A DNA stretch of 62,996 bases, the filler included, from Neolecta irregularis DAH-3 (lineage: Eukaryota): the NCBI GenBank assembly GCA_001929475.1. It is 7 parts of 7 records of this genome, joined end to end, with 100 filler letters (N's around TTAATTAATTAA, not from the genome) between each part and the next. Parts side by side here need not be neighbours in the genome. Positions count along the whole stretch, not along the records: positions 60,324 to 62,996 come from LXFE01003381.1; 6 more parts are not named here. One strand, 5' to 3'. Of this stretch, positions 62,870-62,996 are shown piece after piece. How positions within the stretch are numbered: position 1 is the stretch's first letter; each line of letters begins with the position of its first letter. The translations under genes and the position numbers were made by a program. The notes below the pieces were generated by a model. The model saw only the letters and a program-made list of their open reading frames with translations. It did no database searches and was not told the DNA's origin.

Positions 62870-62996
62870 ATGCTGAAATATTCGCCTTTGTGACAGCAAG
62901 CTCTCAATTGAAATCGATGGTCGCCGCGAGCCTATCATGAAGAGGACTTGCTTGGTCGCAAACACTTCCAACATGCCCGTTGCTGCACGAGAAGCA
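62870..62996 (+). other. Second, slightly variant copy of the VMA1 segment 60766-60891
   Basis: Identical except for a 1-nt intron indel (CCTTG/CCTTTG) and a synonymous GAA/GAG change. Confidence 0.9.

Noticed and set aside
62869-62974. N-terminus of the listed 293-aa ORF as part of PRP9
   Set aside because: It reads through an N gap into the antisense strand of a duplicated VMA1 piece

Overview
Eukaryotic (fungal) genomic DNA. It is very compact and intron-rich, with most introns about 33-60 nt. The gene style resembles an early-diverging ascomycete (Taphrinomycotina-like, e.g. Neolecta); this is inference, not a database result. The window is an artificial concatenation of seven contigs joined by N-TTAATTAATTAA-N linkers at ~19.5, 51.6, 53.6, 57.1, 59.0 and 60.2 kb. 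The two large contigs (1-19510 and 19611-51590) carry tightly packed genes: RPL14, a CYP86/94/704-like P450, a repeat-rich GPI protein, an MCM1-type MADS box, a NIPA transporter, VMA4, an HSF-family factor, EndoV, STF2-like, OLA1, F-box/LRR, GH17, tRNA-Lys, RSC58-like, a nitrilase, p24, Tctex-1, TRAPPC2L, shugoshin, DAD2, CEX1/SCYL1, MET2, PBP1, NMD3 and MRPL22. Several small spliced genes missing from the ORF track were reconstructed by hand. The small contigs hold an I9 inhibitor, an RE/RD-rich gene, a small secreted protein between inverted repeats, a CpG-stripped Ty3/gypsy relic, a 10-bp satellite, and partial VMA1 and PRP9. The most notable observations are: (1) a non-coding two-intron host transcript divergent from RPL14, carrying a U24-type C/D snoRNA and a rod-like orphan C/D RNA; (2) unusually relaxed splice signals (many GC donors, GAG/AAG acceptors, one possible AT-AG intron); (3) near-total CpG loss in a retroelement relic; (4) a plant/smut-like fatty-acid hydroxylase P450. 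Exon boundaries were read by eye and are approximate.
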